64,000 nucleotides of DNA from Candidatus Brocadiia bacterium (GCA_050015075.1 JBEKCB010000024.1:1-64000), one strand, 5' to 3'; positions 43,187 through 53,591 are shown, counted from the stretch's first letter. Notes: generated from the sequence alone by a model not told the origin. Numbers and translations are program-made.

Positions 43187-43330
43187 CTCTCAGGTATTCT
43201 CCGCGTGAGTTCCTTCCTGTATGCAATCTCAGTATAGTAGGGCCGAGTCAGCGAAGTCAAATCCTGAAGTCCGGGCTTGCGTTTGCCGTTCGGGACTGGC
43301 AATATTTATCGTCGTTAAACGGAGATCGTC

Positions 43331-44146
43331 ATGAAGCGTGAGGTTCGAAACGCGAAGTCCGAGCGCGCCCGCGGCAACATCGTCGAAATCTTCAGCGGGA
43401 TCCAGGGCGAGGGAATCCACGTCGGGCGGCGGCAGATTTTTCTGCGGCTGGCCGGATGCAACCTGGCGTGCGATTACTGCGATCAGCCGGAGGCGCGGAT
43501 CGTTCCTGCCCTGGCCCTGATCGAGCGGGCGGCGGGACGGAGGAATTTTATCGCCGTGCGCAATCCGCTCGGCGTCGAGCGGACCGCGCGCGCCATCCTG
43601 AAACTCGATCAGCCGCGCGGGCTGCATCACGCCGTCAGCGTGACCGGCGGCGAACCGCTGATGCAGGCCGGGTTCCTCGCCGCGCTGCTGCCGATCCTCC
43701 GGCGCGCGGGGCTGCGGGTGCTGCTGGAGACGAACGGGACGCGGCCCGAGGAGTTCCGCGCCTTGCGGCATCTGGTGGATATCGTTAGCATGGACTTCAA
43801 GCTGCGGTCGTCCACCGGCCGCGCGATGCCGACGAATGCGCACCGGGAATTCCTCCGCCTGGCCGCGCGCGGCGGAAGGGAAGTTTACGTTAAGGCGGTG
43901 GTGTCGTCGCGCACGACCGGCGCGGAGATCGCGCGCGCGGCGGGGCTGATCGCGGCGATCAAGCGCTCGGTCCCGCTGGTGTTGCAGCCGGTGACCCGGC
44001 GCGGCCGGCTTGCCCGCCTGCGCGGCGGGCGTTCTCCGGCGCCGCCGGACGCGGCGCGGCTGCTCAAGCTCCAGGCGGCGGCCGGGAAAGTCCTGCCGGA
44101 TGTCCGCGTGATCCCGCAGACGCATAAGATCATCGGGCAGAGATAG
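43331..44146 (+). CDS. queE: 7-carboxy-7-deazaguanine synthase (radical SAM)
   Basis: EIFSGIQGEG, CNLACDYCD, TGGEP, ETNG and PQTHK motifs. Confidence 0.92.
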   Translation: MKREVRNAKSERARGNIVEIFSGIQGEGIHVGRRQIFLRLAGCNLACDYCDQPEARIVPALALIERAAGRRNFIAVRNPLGVERTARAILKLDQPRGLHHAVSVTGGEPLMQAGFLAALLPILRRAGLRVLLETNGTRPEEFRALRHLVDIVSMDFKLRSSTGRAMPTNAHREFLRLAARGGREVYVKAVVSSRTTGAEIARAAGLIAAIKRSVPLVLQPVTRRGRLARLRGGRSPAPPDAARLLKLQAAAGKVLPDVRVIPQTHKIIGQR

Positions 44147-44156
44147 CAGAAATCGC

Positions 44157-44218
44157 GCTCGTCCTCGTCGTCCTCGGCCTCGAATTGACGTTCCAGACGG
44201 CCGAGGACGAGGACGATG
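44157..44218. repeat. Hexamer-based hairpin repeat (CTCGTC)n...(GACGAG)n
   Basis: Related copy at about 59319-59381. Confidence 0.55.
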
Positions 44219-44263
44219 CGCGGCTTATTAGACAGTCGCTGGTGATATTGGCGGCGGAGATTC

Positions 44264-44830
44264 ATGCCGAGGAAGTTTAAATTCTGCCTGCGCTGCCGCC
44301 GGACGATCGCGGAGAATGAAGTCGAGCGCGGGCTGTTCGTCCAGACGCCGAACGGCATGCTGTGCGCCACGTGCGCGCAACAGCTCGACGAGGAGACCGA
44401 GGCGGCGAAGCAGCTCGCCGCGGCCCAGGCGCCCGTTCCGGCCGATCCGCCCGTTGCGGCCGAGCCGGCTGTTGTGGCGCCGATCGAGGAGAAACCCGCG
44501 CCCGTTCCGCCGGCCGAGCCCCCAGCGCCCGTTGCGCTCGATCCGCCGGCGCCGACGGCCGGCACACCGGCGGCCGATCCTCAATCCGGCGGTCCCGAAC
44601 CGCCGGCGGAACTTCTCGACGACATCCGCGAGCACGTGGAGGCAATCCATCGGACGCTCGTGTTCGAGAAGAGTTCGCCATGGAACGTCCTGGCGACCAT
44701 CGCGCAGTGCCTGGCCTTCGGCATGCTGATTCTCGGCGCGATCAACTGGGCCGATAACCCGATGCACCTGCTGCTCGTCGCCCTGATTTTCCAGGTCATG
44801 GCGCTGACATTTTTCGTTCGAGCGAAATGA
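44264..44830 (+). CDS. Hypothetical membrane protein with N-terminal zinc finger and Pro-rich linker
   Basis: CLRC...CATC; two C-terminal TMs. Confidence 0.7.
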   Translation: MPRKFKFCLRCRRTIAENEVERGLFVQTPNGMLCATCAQQLDEETEAAKQLAAAQAPVPADPPVAAEPAVVAPIEEKPAPVPPAEPPAPVALDPPAPTAGTPAADPQSGGPEPPAELLDDIREHVEAIHRTLVFEKSSPWNVLATIAQCLAFGMLILGAINWADNPMHLLLVALIFQVMALTFFVRAK

Positions 44831-45015
44831 GGACGGCTCTCACTGCGACGACACTACGAGCACGACGGGAGATCGTTACCAACAAAGGAAGCTCTTCTTA
44901 CGCGTTGTGCCAGTCGTATCGCCGTGGTAGAAACCGGCTTCGCTGTTGAATGAATTCGCACGTCGTGCCCGTAGTGTCGTCGTGGCGAAAAAAGCTTTGT
45001 TGATGGAGTTCTCGC

Positions 45016-46104
45016 ATGGAAAAAGTGGTCAAAGAGATTCGCGACGTCGCGCAGGAGGTGAATACGCGAATCCTTCACGGCCGGAAGCCTTCGATGAACG
45101 TGCCGGTGCGCTCGCTGGGCAACGTGAGCTACCGCCCGAAGCAGGGGTTCTTCCAGTTGAAGGGAGCGGAGATCGAACGCACGCTCACGGTCAACACGGT
45201 CAAGACGTTCGCGCAGACGCTGCGCATGATGTCGCTCTCGAAGATGCACGTCGAGCAGGCCAAGCATTCCTCGAAACGGGAGGCGTACTACATCAGCAAG
45301 AACTGGGGCGAGGCGCGGTTCCTGGAGCAGGACGAGTCGGACGCGATCATGGACGACGTGGAGGCGATGCTCCACGTCAACCGCGAGCAGCTCAACTTCC
45401 GCGCGGACGAGCACGGCGGCTCGGTCGCCGGCGAGCTGGTCGTGGTGGACCGTGATCGCAAGAGCGGAAAAAAGCTGGAGATTGATTGCTCGCGTTTCGG
45501 ATCGGGCAGCTATACCGTGCCGAGCGTGGTCGAGCAGCTGGAGTTCCGGACCAAGGCGAAGTTCATCCTGGCCATCGAGACCAACGGCACGTTCGAGCGG
45601 CTGGTCGAGGAGGGCTATGCGACGAAATCGCACTGCGTCCTCGTCGCGATGGGCGGCGTGCCGAGCCGGGCGTGCCGGCGCTTCGTCCGGCGGCTGGCCG
45701 ACGCGTACAGCCTGCCGGTTTACGTCTTCACCGACGGCGATCCGTATGGCTACTTCAACATCTATCGCACGCTCAAGGTCGGCTCCGGCAACGCGGCGCA
45801 CCTGAACGAGTTCTTCTGCGTTCCGCAGGCGCACTACCTCGGCGTAACGCCTTACGACATAGAGACTTATAAGCTGAACGACTGCACGCATCCGCTCCAG
45901 CAGGTGGACATCAAGCGCGCGCAGGACGCGCTGAAGAACGACCCGTTCGTCCAGCATTACAAGGAATGGCAGGCGGCGATCCACCTGATGCTGAAGATGG
46001 GCAAGCGCGTCGAGCAGCAGGCTTTCGCCAAGCACGGGCTGGAGTACGTCGTCACGAAGTACCTGCCGGACAAGCTGAAGCATCCGGAGAAGTTTTTGCC
46101 GTAG
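45016..46104 (+). CDS. top6A: DNA topoisomerase VI subunit A (Spo11-like)
   Basis: KREAYY catalytic Tyr, QDESD, toprim IET and DGDPYG, EQQA. Confidence 0.92.
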   Translation: MEKVVKEIRDVAQEVNTRILHGRKPSMNVPVRSLGNVSYRPKQGFFQLKGAEIERTLTVNTVKTFAQTLRMMSLSKMHVEQAKHSSKREAYYISKNWGEARFLEQDESDAIMDDVEAMLHVNREQLNFRADEHGGSVAGELVVVDRDRKSGKKLEIDCSRFGSGSYTVPSVVEQLEFRTKAKFILAIETNGTFERLVEEGYATKSHCVLVAMGGVPSRACRRFVRRLADAYSLPVYVFTDGDPYGYFNIYRTLKVGSGNAAHLNEFFCVPQAHYLGVTPYDIETYKLNDCTHPLQQVDIKRAQDALKNDPFVQHYKEWQAAIHLMLKMGKRVEQQAFAKHGLEYVVTKYLPDKLKHPEKFLP

Positions 46105-46185
46105 CGGCAGTGGGATTAGATACTGATTCTTCGAATTTCGATATCTGGAAAGAAGTGCGACTGGCGTCCTGAGCCGGCGGTTCAG

Positions 46186-46836
46186 TCACTCCTTTTCCAC
46201 GTTATCGCTCTTCGTCAGGATCACCTGCCGCGCGGTCGGATGGCGCGCGAACCACGGAATCAGGAGCGCTGAATAAGCCGTCAGCGGGTCGAGCGCCAGG
46301 CCATCCTGTAGTTTGCCGAGATAGAAGGCTGTCGGCCGCTCCATCTTTCCCGCGAGCCGGCCCATTTGCAGGAGAATTTCCGGCGCGTTCACATAGATCT
46401 TGACCGTAGGCGAGTACCAGACTCCGCGCGTGCCGGCCAGGTAACAGTACGCGCAGCCGTAAGGGCAGAAACCGTAGGGTGAGAAATGCCAGTAATTCGG
46501 GCAACTATTTCCTTTTTCTTCGCTGAACCGCACCGATGAGGCCAGTTCACCGAACACCAATGTGCGTTTGCCCGCCCTGTGCCGCGCCAGCGGTTGAGAT
46601 AAGCCGAGGTCAAGCCGGTTGTGACTAATTCCTCTGCAATCCGCGACCTTCGCTTGCGGGTAGAGCGCGCCAATGCGCTCCACAAAGCGCCTCCGTTCGG
46701 CGGTGGAAACGCTCCCCTTGGTCAGAACGACACGCTCGACCTCGAAGTGCATGGGACGAACAGGCTGATAGCCATCAGGCAGTTTAGGCGCATCGGCAAG
46801 CCGTTCGAATAACCGGCTGGGCTTCCGTTGTTTCAT
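46186..46836 (-). pseudogene. Spore photoproduct lyase-like radical SAM protein, C-terminally truncated
   Basis: CPYGCAYCYL and DGLALDP; ends right after LTKSDNV. Confidence 0.7.
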
Positions 46837-46837
46837 C

Positions 46838-47788
46838 TCAAGGCGCTTCCTCAGGGAACAGTGGCAAAGAAGTGTCTTGTCGCCGTCCCGGCCCTCTTGG
46901 CTGATCGGCCGCGCTCTCGAAGAGGAACTCCGACGTGGGATCGTGTTCCCGGAACCGTTGCGCGGCTAACGCGGCGTCATTCACCGCATAGCAGTACGCG
47001 CAGCCGTGCAGACAAGTGTCATATTCGCCGATGTCGCGCGACTCATAACAACCGCACGTTTTCCGATGGCCCTTGGAGCCGGCGCTGATCTTGCGTCCGG
47101 CCAGCTCGCTCAACCGTTTCGCGTCCACGCAATGCGCATCCGCTGCGCCCGGAACCAAGAATTCCCGTTGCGCGCAGATCGAAAGCTGAATGTTCTGCGA
47201 CCTGGCGATCTGAGCCAGGGCCGCCGCCAACATCTTCTTCTCCTCCGCCGGCGGATCACGCCATTCGAAGCCGAATCGCCGAGCGGCATTGTCCATCTGT
47301 CGGACCGTCTTCTTGTAGGGATGAAGGAAAGAGATGACCACCTCGTCCGTCGAGCCCGAAAGCGCGCGCGCCGGCCGTTCGAAGTTACGCAGATGAAAAT
47401 CCGGTGGCGTCAGCGACGAGATCACCACGGTGTCGTAACGCCATACGCAGACGCGCTTGCCAAAAGCCCCGCTGATCTCCCGCAGCAATTTCGCCGACTC
47501 CTGCGCATCTGGAACGCAGGGCTCCAGTTCTTTCGGCAAGCCGTTGATCCCATATTGAATCACGAAAGGATACGCTCGGTCGCGAATCTCCGGAAGCTGG
47601 CCGCCAAAGGACCTGAGGTCCTTCGTCCAAAAGACGAATCCGTCTACATCCTCTCGACTAAGAGAAACCCGCGCCGCTTGTCCGCCGTAGGGGTTGCGCA
47701 CCATGCAGTAGCCCGCCCGCAACCGGTTCATGAACCAGTCGCCGTAAAAGGCCGGGATATCCGTCCTGTAGCTAGCGGAGATGATCAT
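46838..47788 (-). CDS. DUF1848 family protein
   Basis: MIISASYRTDIPAFY, VFWTK, WRYD and CGCYESRDIGEYDTCLHGCAYCYA. Confidence 0.92.
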   Translation of the reverse strand: MIISASYRTDIPAFYGDWFMNRLRAGYCMVRNPYGGQAARVSLSREDVDGFVFWTKDLRSFGGQLPEIRDRAYPFVIQYGINGLPKELEPCVPDAQESAKLLREISGAFGKRVCVWRYDTVVISSLTPPDFHLRNFERPARALSGSTDEVVISFLHPYKKTVRQMDNAARRFGFEWRDPPAEEKKMLAAALAQIARSQNIQLSICAQREFLVPGAADAHCVDAKRLSELAGRKISAGSKGHRKTCGCYESRDIGEYDTCLHGCAYCYAVNDAALAAQRFREHDPTSEFLFESAADQPRGPGRRQDTSLPLFPEEAP

Positions 47789-47875
47789 ATCGGCCCACTT
47801 TTTGAATCCGCAGCCTCGCCTTCGCTCCTGCAAGTTCAGCCTTTCGGCCCGTCAGCACATCAGCGCACATCGAGT

Positions 47876-48331
47876 TCATGGCACGGACACGACTTGAATC
47901 CCACTGCGACTCAGCAACTCGCCTGTGATCCTTTCGTGGTCACAGCAAGGACTGCCACGCTTCAAGTAAGCCCAGCGCGCTCCGATGATTTGCGCCATCT
48001 CGAGGACATACTTCGAGCCGTTGACGCATCCCTCCGTGAGGTCTTCGCCGGTCCGCTCATCAATGAAACGCAGTCCGCCGTCGAGCACCTGGGCGCCCGT
48101 CCCCTTGAGATAGGCTCCGCTGCGCGGTGTGGGAAAGCCTCCAACCTGCTCTGGACATACCGGAACCAGAACAAACTTTTTCTTCAGGTGCTCGATCAGA
48201 TCGTCACGCCTCTTGGCACGGCGTCCGTGCCAGCGACAGGGAATGCCTAGAAAGCACGCGCTGATCAGGACCGGTTTCTTGAACGGTCGCGTCTCCTGCT
48301 CGAAGAGCCTGGATTGATGTTCTATGCCCAT
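47876..48331 (-). CDS. DUF523 / 2-thiouracil desulfurase-like Fe-S protein
   Basis: ISACFLGIPCRWHG, VCPEQVGGFPTPR and LKRGSPCC. Confidence 0.88.
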   Translation of the reverse strand: MGIEHQSRLFEQETRPFKKPVLISACFLGIPCRWHGRRAKRRDDLIEHLKKKFVLVPVCPEQVGGFPTPRSGAYLKGTGAQVLDGGLRFIDERTGEDLTEGCVNGSKYVLEMAQIIGARWAYLKRGSPCCDHERITGELLSRSGIQVVSVP

Positions 48332-48333
48332 GC

Positions 48334-48560
48334 TTAACCCTCCACGATGATTCTTCGCCAGAAGCGATGCCGCCATCCCATGCAGAACTTCAGTTGCAGG
48401 CACTTGCCGCATTGGATGCTGCTTTCAACCGCCAGAGTCTTGGTCTGGCGGTCAAACCGTTTGCACGGAAAGCATTCTACCATGCAGAAGCCGCAGTCCA
48501 GGCAGTTGATCATACGTTTAATGAGCAAGTCGGTCACTCGTTCCGATACTGATCCCCGCC
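48334..48560 (-). pseudogene. Cys-rich ferredoxin-like fragment, probably the 3' remnant of a larger Fe-S gene
   Basis: KRMINCLDCGFCMVECFPC...IQCGKC...C; stop lies 2 nt before the DUF523 start; 5' boundary approximate. Confidence 0.5.
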
Positions 48561-48932
48561 GAGATGGGGTGTGCGCTTCATGGTTGACAGAGGTGCTTGC
48601 GCGGGGCATACTGAGTAACCGAGGAGCGTGAGATGCCATACAGATTGTATTTGGAGACGTCGGTGCCAGCCGCTGGGCTATTCGCGCACAATGAACCATC
48701 GGCGCTCGAAGATTTGTCGCATGAAAAAAGCGGAATGTGGCTTGACATATCAGAAAGATTATGATAGACTGCCTGTCGCGGCTGATGGGTCGCAACATGC
48801 TGTGGGAACAAGGGTTGATGCACATAAAGCGATTTGAAAAAACGAATCCAATTTGTCATAACCGGCTCTGCTGAGATATGTTGGCGCACATTTATCGTAA
48901 CTATCATTATGGAAACAGGTTAGCACAAAACC

Positions 48933-50651
48933 ATGAAGACACAGAAGGGTGACGAAGGCAGCGCACCGACTGTTGCGCCCACGGATTTTATCCGCGAGGC
49001 GGTGAAGGAAGACCTGCGCACCGGGCGCTTCGACCGCGTCCACACGCGCTTCCCGCCGGAGCCGAACGCCTATCTCCACATCGGCCACGCGAAGGCGCTC
49101 TGGATTGATTTCGGCATCGCGCAGGATTTCGGCGGACTGTTCAACCTGCGGTTCGACGACACGAACCCGGCCAAGGAAGAGCAGGAGTTCGTGGACGCCA
49201 TCATCGAGGACGTGCGCTGGGTCGGCGCCGACTGGGGCGACCGGCTGTTCTTCGCCTCGGACTATTTCGAGCGGATGTACGCGTGGGCCGTGGAGCTGAT
49301 CCGCAAGGGCAGGGCGTATGTCTGCGACCTGACCGCCGACGAGGTCAGCGCCCATCGCGGCACGCTGACGCGGCCGGGCAAGGACAGCCCGTTCCGGGAC
49401 CGCTCCGTCGCCGAGAACCTGGACCTCTTCGCACGGATGCGCGCCGGGGAATTCCCGGACGGCTCGCGGACGCTGCGCGCGAAGATTGACATGGCCTCGC
49501 CGAACCTCAACCTGCGCGACCCGATCATGTACCGCATCCTGCACGCCACGCACCACCGCACCGGCGACGCGTGGTGCATCTACCCGATGTACGACTGGGC
49601 GCACGGGCTGGAGGATTCCATCGAGGGCATCACGCACTCGCTCTGCTCGCTCGAGTACGAGAACCACCGGCCGCTGTACGACTGGTTCCTCGACCAGCTC
49701 GGCATCTACCACCCGCGCCAGATCGAGTTCGCGCGGTTCAACCTGACGAACACGGTGATGAGCAAGCGCAAGTTCATCGAGCTGGTCGGGGCCGGGATCG
49801 TGAAGGGCTTCGACGACCCGCGGCTGCCGACGCTGGCGGCGATGCGGCGGCGCGGCGTCACGCCCGAGGCGATCCGCGATTTCTGCAGGCGCATCGGCAT
49901 TGACAAGAAGGAAAACCGCGTGGACGTGCAGTTGCTCGATCACTGCCTCCGCGAGGACCTGAACCGGCGCGCGCCGCGCGTGATGGGCGTGCTGCGCCCG
50001 CTGAAACTCGTGATCGAGAACTATCCCGAAGGCCAGGTCGAGGAACTCGACGCGGTCAACAACCCTGAGGACGCGAGCGCCGGGACGCGCAAGGTGCCGT
50101 TCTCGCGCGTGCTCTACATCGAGCAGGAGGACTTCCGCGAGGTGCCGCCGCCGAAGTATTTCCGGCTGTCACCGGGCGTCGAGGTGCGGCTGAGATACGC
50201 CTATTTCGTCAAGTGCGTCGGGGTGGTCAAGGACCCGGCGACCGGCGCGGTGACGGAACTGCGCTGTACGTACGACCCGGCGACGCGCGGCGGCGACTCG
50301 CCCGACGGGCGCAAGGTGAAGTCCACGCTGCATTGGGTCTCGGCCGCGCACGCGCTCGAGGCCGAGGTGCGCCTGTACAACCCGCTTTTCACCCAGGAGA
50401 ACCCCGACGACGTGCCGGAGGGCGCGGATTGGAAGGCGGGCATCAATCCGAACTCGCTGGAGGTCCTGACCGGCTGCCGCGTCGAGCCTGTTCTGAAGGG
50501 CGCTGCGCCGGGCGGACGGTTCCAGTTCGAGCGCCTCGGCTACTTCTGCGTGGATCCCGATTCCGCGAAGGGCGGCCTGGTCTTCAATCGCACCGTGACG
50601 TTAAAAGACGAATGGGCGCGGATCGAGAAGGGCGGGAAGAAGGTACAATAG
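48933..50651 (+). CDS. glnS: Glutamine--tRNA ligase
   Basis: [20 protein letters not shown] and FQFERLGYF. Confidence 0.97.
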   Translation: MKTQKGDEGSAPTVAPTDFIREAVKEDLRTGRFDRVHTRFPPEPNAYLHIGHAKALWIDFGIAQDFGGLFNLRFDDTNPAKEEQEFVDAIIEDVRWVGADWGDRLFFASDYFERMYAWAVELIRKGRAYVCDLTADEVSAHRGTLTRPGKDSPFRDRSVAENLDLFARMRAGEFPDGSRTLRAKIDMASPNLNLRDPIMYRILHATHHRTGDAWCIYPMYDWAHGLEDSIEGITHSLCSLEYENHRPLYDWFLDQLGIYHPRQIEFARFNLTNTVMSKRKFIELVGAGIVKGFDDPRLPTLAAMRRRGVTPEAIRDFCRRIGIDKKENRVDVQLLDHCLREDLNRRAPRVMGVLRPLKLVIENYPEGQVEELDAVNNPEDASAGTRKVPFSRVLYIEQEDFREVPPPKYFRLSPGVEVRLRYAYFVKCVGVVKDPATGAVTELRCTYDPATRGGDSPDGRKVKSTLHWVSAAHALEAEVRLYNPLFTQENPDDVPEGADWKAGINPNSLEVLTGCRVEPVLKGAAPGGRFQFERLGYFCVDPDSAKGGLVFNRTVTLKDEWARIEKGGKKVQ

Positions 50652-50758
50652 CGTTGACACGTGCTCGCTGGAGATCGTCCCTCGACTCGGACCCGCAGGC
50701 GGCGTAGAATGATCAGGGTGATCTCTCAAGTTGTTGACGCGAAGGAGGGTCATCGGGA

Positions 50759-51004
50759 ATGACGAAGCAAGAATTGCTTTCCCGCATCCGAATCTCTCCG
50801 GACGTATGCTTCGGGAAGCCTTGCATCGCCGGCCATCGCATCTGGGTCTCTCTCATTCTGGACCTGCTGGCTAGCGGCGCGACGATCCCGGACGTCCTGA
50901 AGCAATATCCGGGTATCACCGAAGAGGACGTTCTCGCCTGCATCGCCTACGGCGCCGAGATGTCGCGCGAACGGTACGTTGAGATTCCGGCGGGCCAGAA
51001 GTGA
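50759..51004 (+). CDS. DUF433 antitoxin
   Basis: PDVCFGKPCIAGHRI, EEDVLACIAY. Confidence 0.9.
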   Translation: MTKQELLSRIRISPDVCFGKPCIAGHRIWVSLILDLLASGATIPDVLKQYPGITEEDVLACIAYGAEMSRERYVEIPAGQK

Positions 51005-51369
51005 AACTGAAGCTCGACGAGAATCTGGGAGCGCGCGGCGCGGAGATCTTGCGTCAGGCGGGGCATGACGTGGCCACGGTGCCGGATCAGCGGCTGTGCA
51101 AAGCAACGGACCGCTCGTTGATCGCAGCATGCTCGGCGGAGTCTCGATGTCTCGTAACGCTCGATCTGGATTTCTCCAATCCATTACTTTTCAAGCCATC
51201 GGATTACTGCGGCATCGCAGTGCTTCGTCTGCCGCCGCAAGCTTCAGCCGAGCACCTGTTTTCTGCGATTCGCGTACTGGCTGAAGGCCTCCATCGCACC
51301 GAAATTGCGGGAAGACTTTGGATCGTGGAAACGCAACACATCCGCGAGTACCAAGAAAATGCCGACTAG
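51001..51369 (+). CDS. DUF5615 PIN-like toxin
   Basis: KLKLDENL, GHDV and LVTLDLDF; GTGA overlap with the antitoxin. Confidence 0.88.
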   Translation: MKLKLDENLGARGAEILRQAGHDVATVPDQRLCKATDRSLIAACSAESRCLVTLDLDFSNPLLFKPSDYCGIAVLRLPPQASAEHLFSAIRVLAEGLHRTEIAGRLWIVETQHIREYQENAD

Positions 51370-51398
51370 CAATCGGCATCCACTGGCGGCCGATGTCG

Positions 51399-51528
51399 GT
51401 TCGAGCGTCTCGGCTACTTCTGCGTGGACCCGGATTCCGCGAAAGGCGGCCCGGTCTTCAACCGCACCGTGACGCTCCGAGACGAATGGGCGCGGATCGA
51501 GAAGGGCGGGAAGAAGAAGCAGGAGTGA
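51399..51528 (+). pseudogene. Duplicated 3' end of glnS
   Basis: 118 bp (51399-51516) match 50525-50642 with 10 differences by hand count; own TGA. Confidence 0.9.
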
Positions 51529-51679
51529 TGATGGATGAGCAATGAAGTGGTTTCCATCGTCCATCATCATTCATCACTCGGACCTCTCACTTCCTGAGTT
51601 CCGCCGCTTTCCCGCACTTGACACTTCCGCCTCGCCCGTTTACCCTGTGTCCACCCAATTCCATTCAAGGCGATGAGTT

Positions 51680-53146
51680 ATGGCAGAGACGGCGAACCGG
51701 CCGGTGCGCGTGCGCATCGCGCCGAGCCCTACCGGCGACCCGCACGTCGGGACCGCGTACGTGGCGCTTTTCAATTACGCCTTCGCGCGACGGAACGGGG
51801 GCAGGTTCCTGCTGCGCATCGAGGACACCGACCGCGAGCGCTCCACGCTGAAGTCCGAGCAGGCGATCCTGGATTCGCTGCGCTGGATCGGCCTGGCCTG
51901 GGACGAGGGCCCCGACGTCGGCGGGCCGTTCGCGCCGTACCGCCAGTCCGAGCGCGGCGAGATCTACCGCAAGTGGACCTCCGAGCTGGTGGCGAAGAAG
52001 GCGGCCTATCCCTGCTTCTGCTCGGCCGAGCGGCTCGACGCGCTCCGCCAGGAGCAGCGCGCGAAGAAGATGGACTTCGGCTATGACGGCGCCTGCCGCA
52101 GTCTGCCCGAGAGCGTCGTCCGCGAGAAGCTCTCCGCCGGCGCACCGCACGTCATCCGGCTGGCCGTGCCCAAAGAAGGCGAGACGCGCGTGCACGACCT
52201 GATCCGCGGCGAGGTGGTGTTCCAGAACGCTGGTGTGGACGACCAGGTGCTGCTGAAGTCCGACGGCTTCCCCACCTACCACCTGGCCAACGTGGTGGAC
52301 GACCACCTGATGAAGATCACGCACGTGATCCGCGCGGAAGAGTGGATTTCCTCGACGCCGAAGCACGTCCTCCTCTACCGCGCGTTCGGCTGGGAGCCGC
52401 CGGTTTTCGTCCACATGCCGCTGCTGCGCAACAAGGACAAGAGCAAGATCAGCAAACGCAAGAACCCCACTTCGCTGCTGTGGTACCGCGAACAGGGATA
52501 CCTGCCGGAGGCGCTGCTGAATTTCCTGGGGCTGATGGGCTGGTCCATCGCGGAGGACCGCGAGGTGTTCTCGCTCGACGAGATGATCCGCGAGTTCGCC
52601 TGGGAGCGCGTCTCGACCAGCGGGCCGGTGTTCGACCTGCAGAAGCTCGACTGGCTCAACGGCGTTTACATCCGCAAGCTGCCGCCGGCGGAATTGGTCC
52701 GGCGCATCCGCGAGAATGTGCTCAAGGAGGGCGCGCCAGACGACGCGGCGGTGCTCAGGACGATCCCGCTCGTGCAGGAGCGCATGAAGAAACTCAGCGA
52801 CTGGATTCCGCTGACGCGGTTCCTTTTCTCCGACGAAGTGAAGCCTGCGCCGGCGGACCTGGTGCCGAAAAAGTGCACGGCCGAGGAGGCGCAAAAGTGC
52901 CTGGACGCGGTCGTCGCCGCGCTGCAAGCGGCGCCGGCGTGGGCCGCCGACGCCCTGGAGGCGCGTTGCCGCGCGCTGGCCGCCGTGATTCCCATGAAGG
53001 AAAAAGATATATTCATGTGCATGCGTGTGGCGGTGACCGGGACAGCGGTCTCTCCGCCGCTTTTCCAGAGCCTCGAGCTGCTGGGGCGCGAGCGGACGCT
53101 GGCCAGGCTCGGCGCCGCGCGGGCGGCGCTCGGGGGCGCGGCGTAG
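51680..53146 (+). CDS. gltX: Glutamate--tRNA ligase
   Basis: RIAPSPTGDPHVG, LRIEDTD and KISKR. Confidence 0.97.
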   Translation: MAETANRPVRVRIAPSPTGDPHVGTAYVALFNYAFARRNGGRFLLRIEDTDRERSTLKSEQAILDSLRWIGLAWDEGPDVGGPFAPYRQSERGEIYRKWTSELVAKKAAYPCFCSAERLDALRQEQRAKKMDFGYDGACRSLPESVVREKLSAGAPHVIRLAVPKEGETRVHDLIRGEVVFQNAGVDDQVLLKSDGFPTYHLANVVDDHLMKITHVIRAEEWISSTPKHVLLYRAFGWEPPVFVHMPLLRNKDKSKISKRKNPTSLLWYREQGYLPEALLNFLGLMGWSIAEDREVFSLDEMIREFAWERVSTSGPVFDLQKLDWLNGVYIRKLPPAELVRRIRENVLKEGAPDDAAVLRTIPLVQERMKKLSDWIPLTRFLFSDEVKPAPADLVPKKCTAEEAQKCLDAVVAALQAAPAWAADALEARCRALAAVIPMKEKDIFMCMRVAVTGTAVSPPLFQSLELLGRERTLARLGAARAALGGAA

Positions 53147-53181
53147 GCGCGGCGGGTTCTTTGAGTGCGAGGACACAGGAG

Positions 53182-53538
53182 ATGAAGTTCGAGAGCGACC
53201 GGTTCATCTGCGAGATTCACGATGACGTGGCGCACGTGCGCTTCAAGGGACCGCAGGTGGTGGAGTACAGCCAGGCGAGCTACCTGGGTCCCGAGCTGCG
53301 GCGCGTGGTGAGTTCGTACGAGTTCCGCCTGCTGGTGCTCGATTGCGAGGGGCTGACGTTTCTGACGAGCACCGTGCTGGAGGCGTTCGTCACCGCCTAC
53401 CTTCGCTGCCAGAAGCTCAGCCGCGCGGTGCGGATCGTCCACGCTGAGCCGCTCGTCCGCGAGACGCTCCGCACGACGCAGATTGACCTGCTGGTGCCGG
53501 TCCACGAGCGGCTCGACGAGGCGCTCAAGCTCGACTGA
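53182..53538 (+). CDS. STAS-domain anti-sigma factor antagonist
   Basis: LVLDCEGLTFLTSTVL; AGGAG RBS. Confidence 0.8.
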   Translation: MKFESDRFICEIHDDVAHVRFKGPQVVEYSQASYLGPELRRVVSSYEFRLLVLDCEGLTFLTSTVLEAFVTAYLRCQKLSRAVRIVHAEPLVRETLRTTQIDLLVPVHERLDEALKLD

Positions 53539-53556
53539 GCGCGCCGGGGTTAAAAC

Positions 53557-53591
53557 CAAAGCTCCCCGCCGGATGTCGGCGGGGAGCTTTG
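53557..53591. terminator. Bidirectional intrinsic terminator
   Basis: caaagctccccgccg-gatgt-cggcggggagctttg between convergent genes. Confidence 0.8.

Noticed and set aside
48560-48930. ORFs in the AT-rich tract upstream of glnS
   Set aside because: Overlapping short ORFs with no motifs or RBS; likely intergenic or decayed DNA
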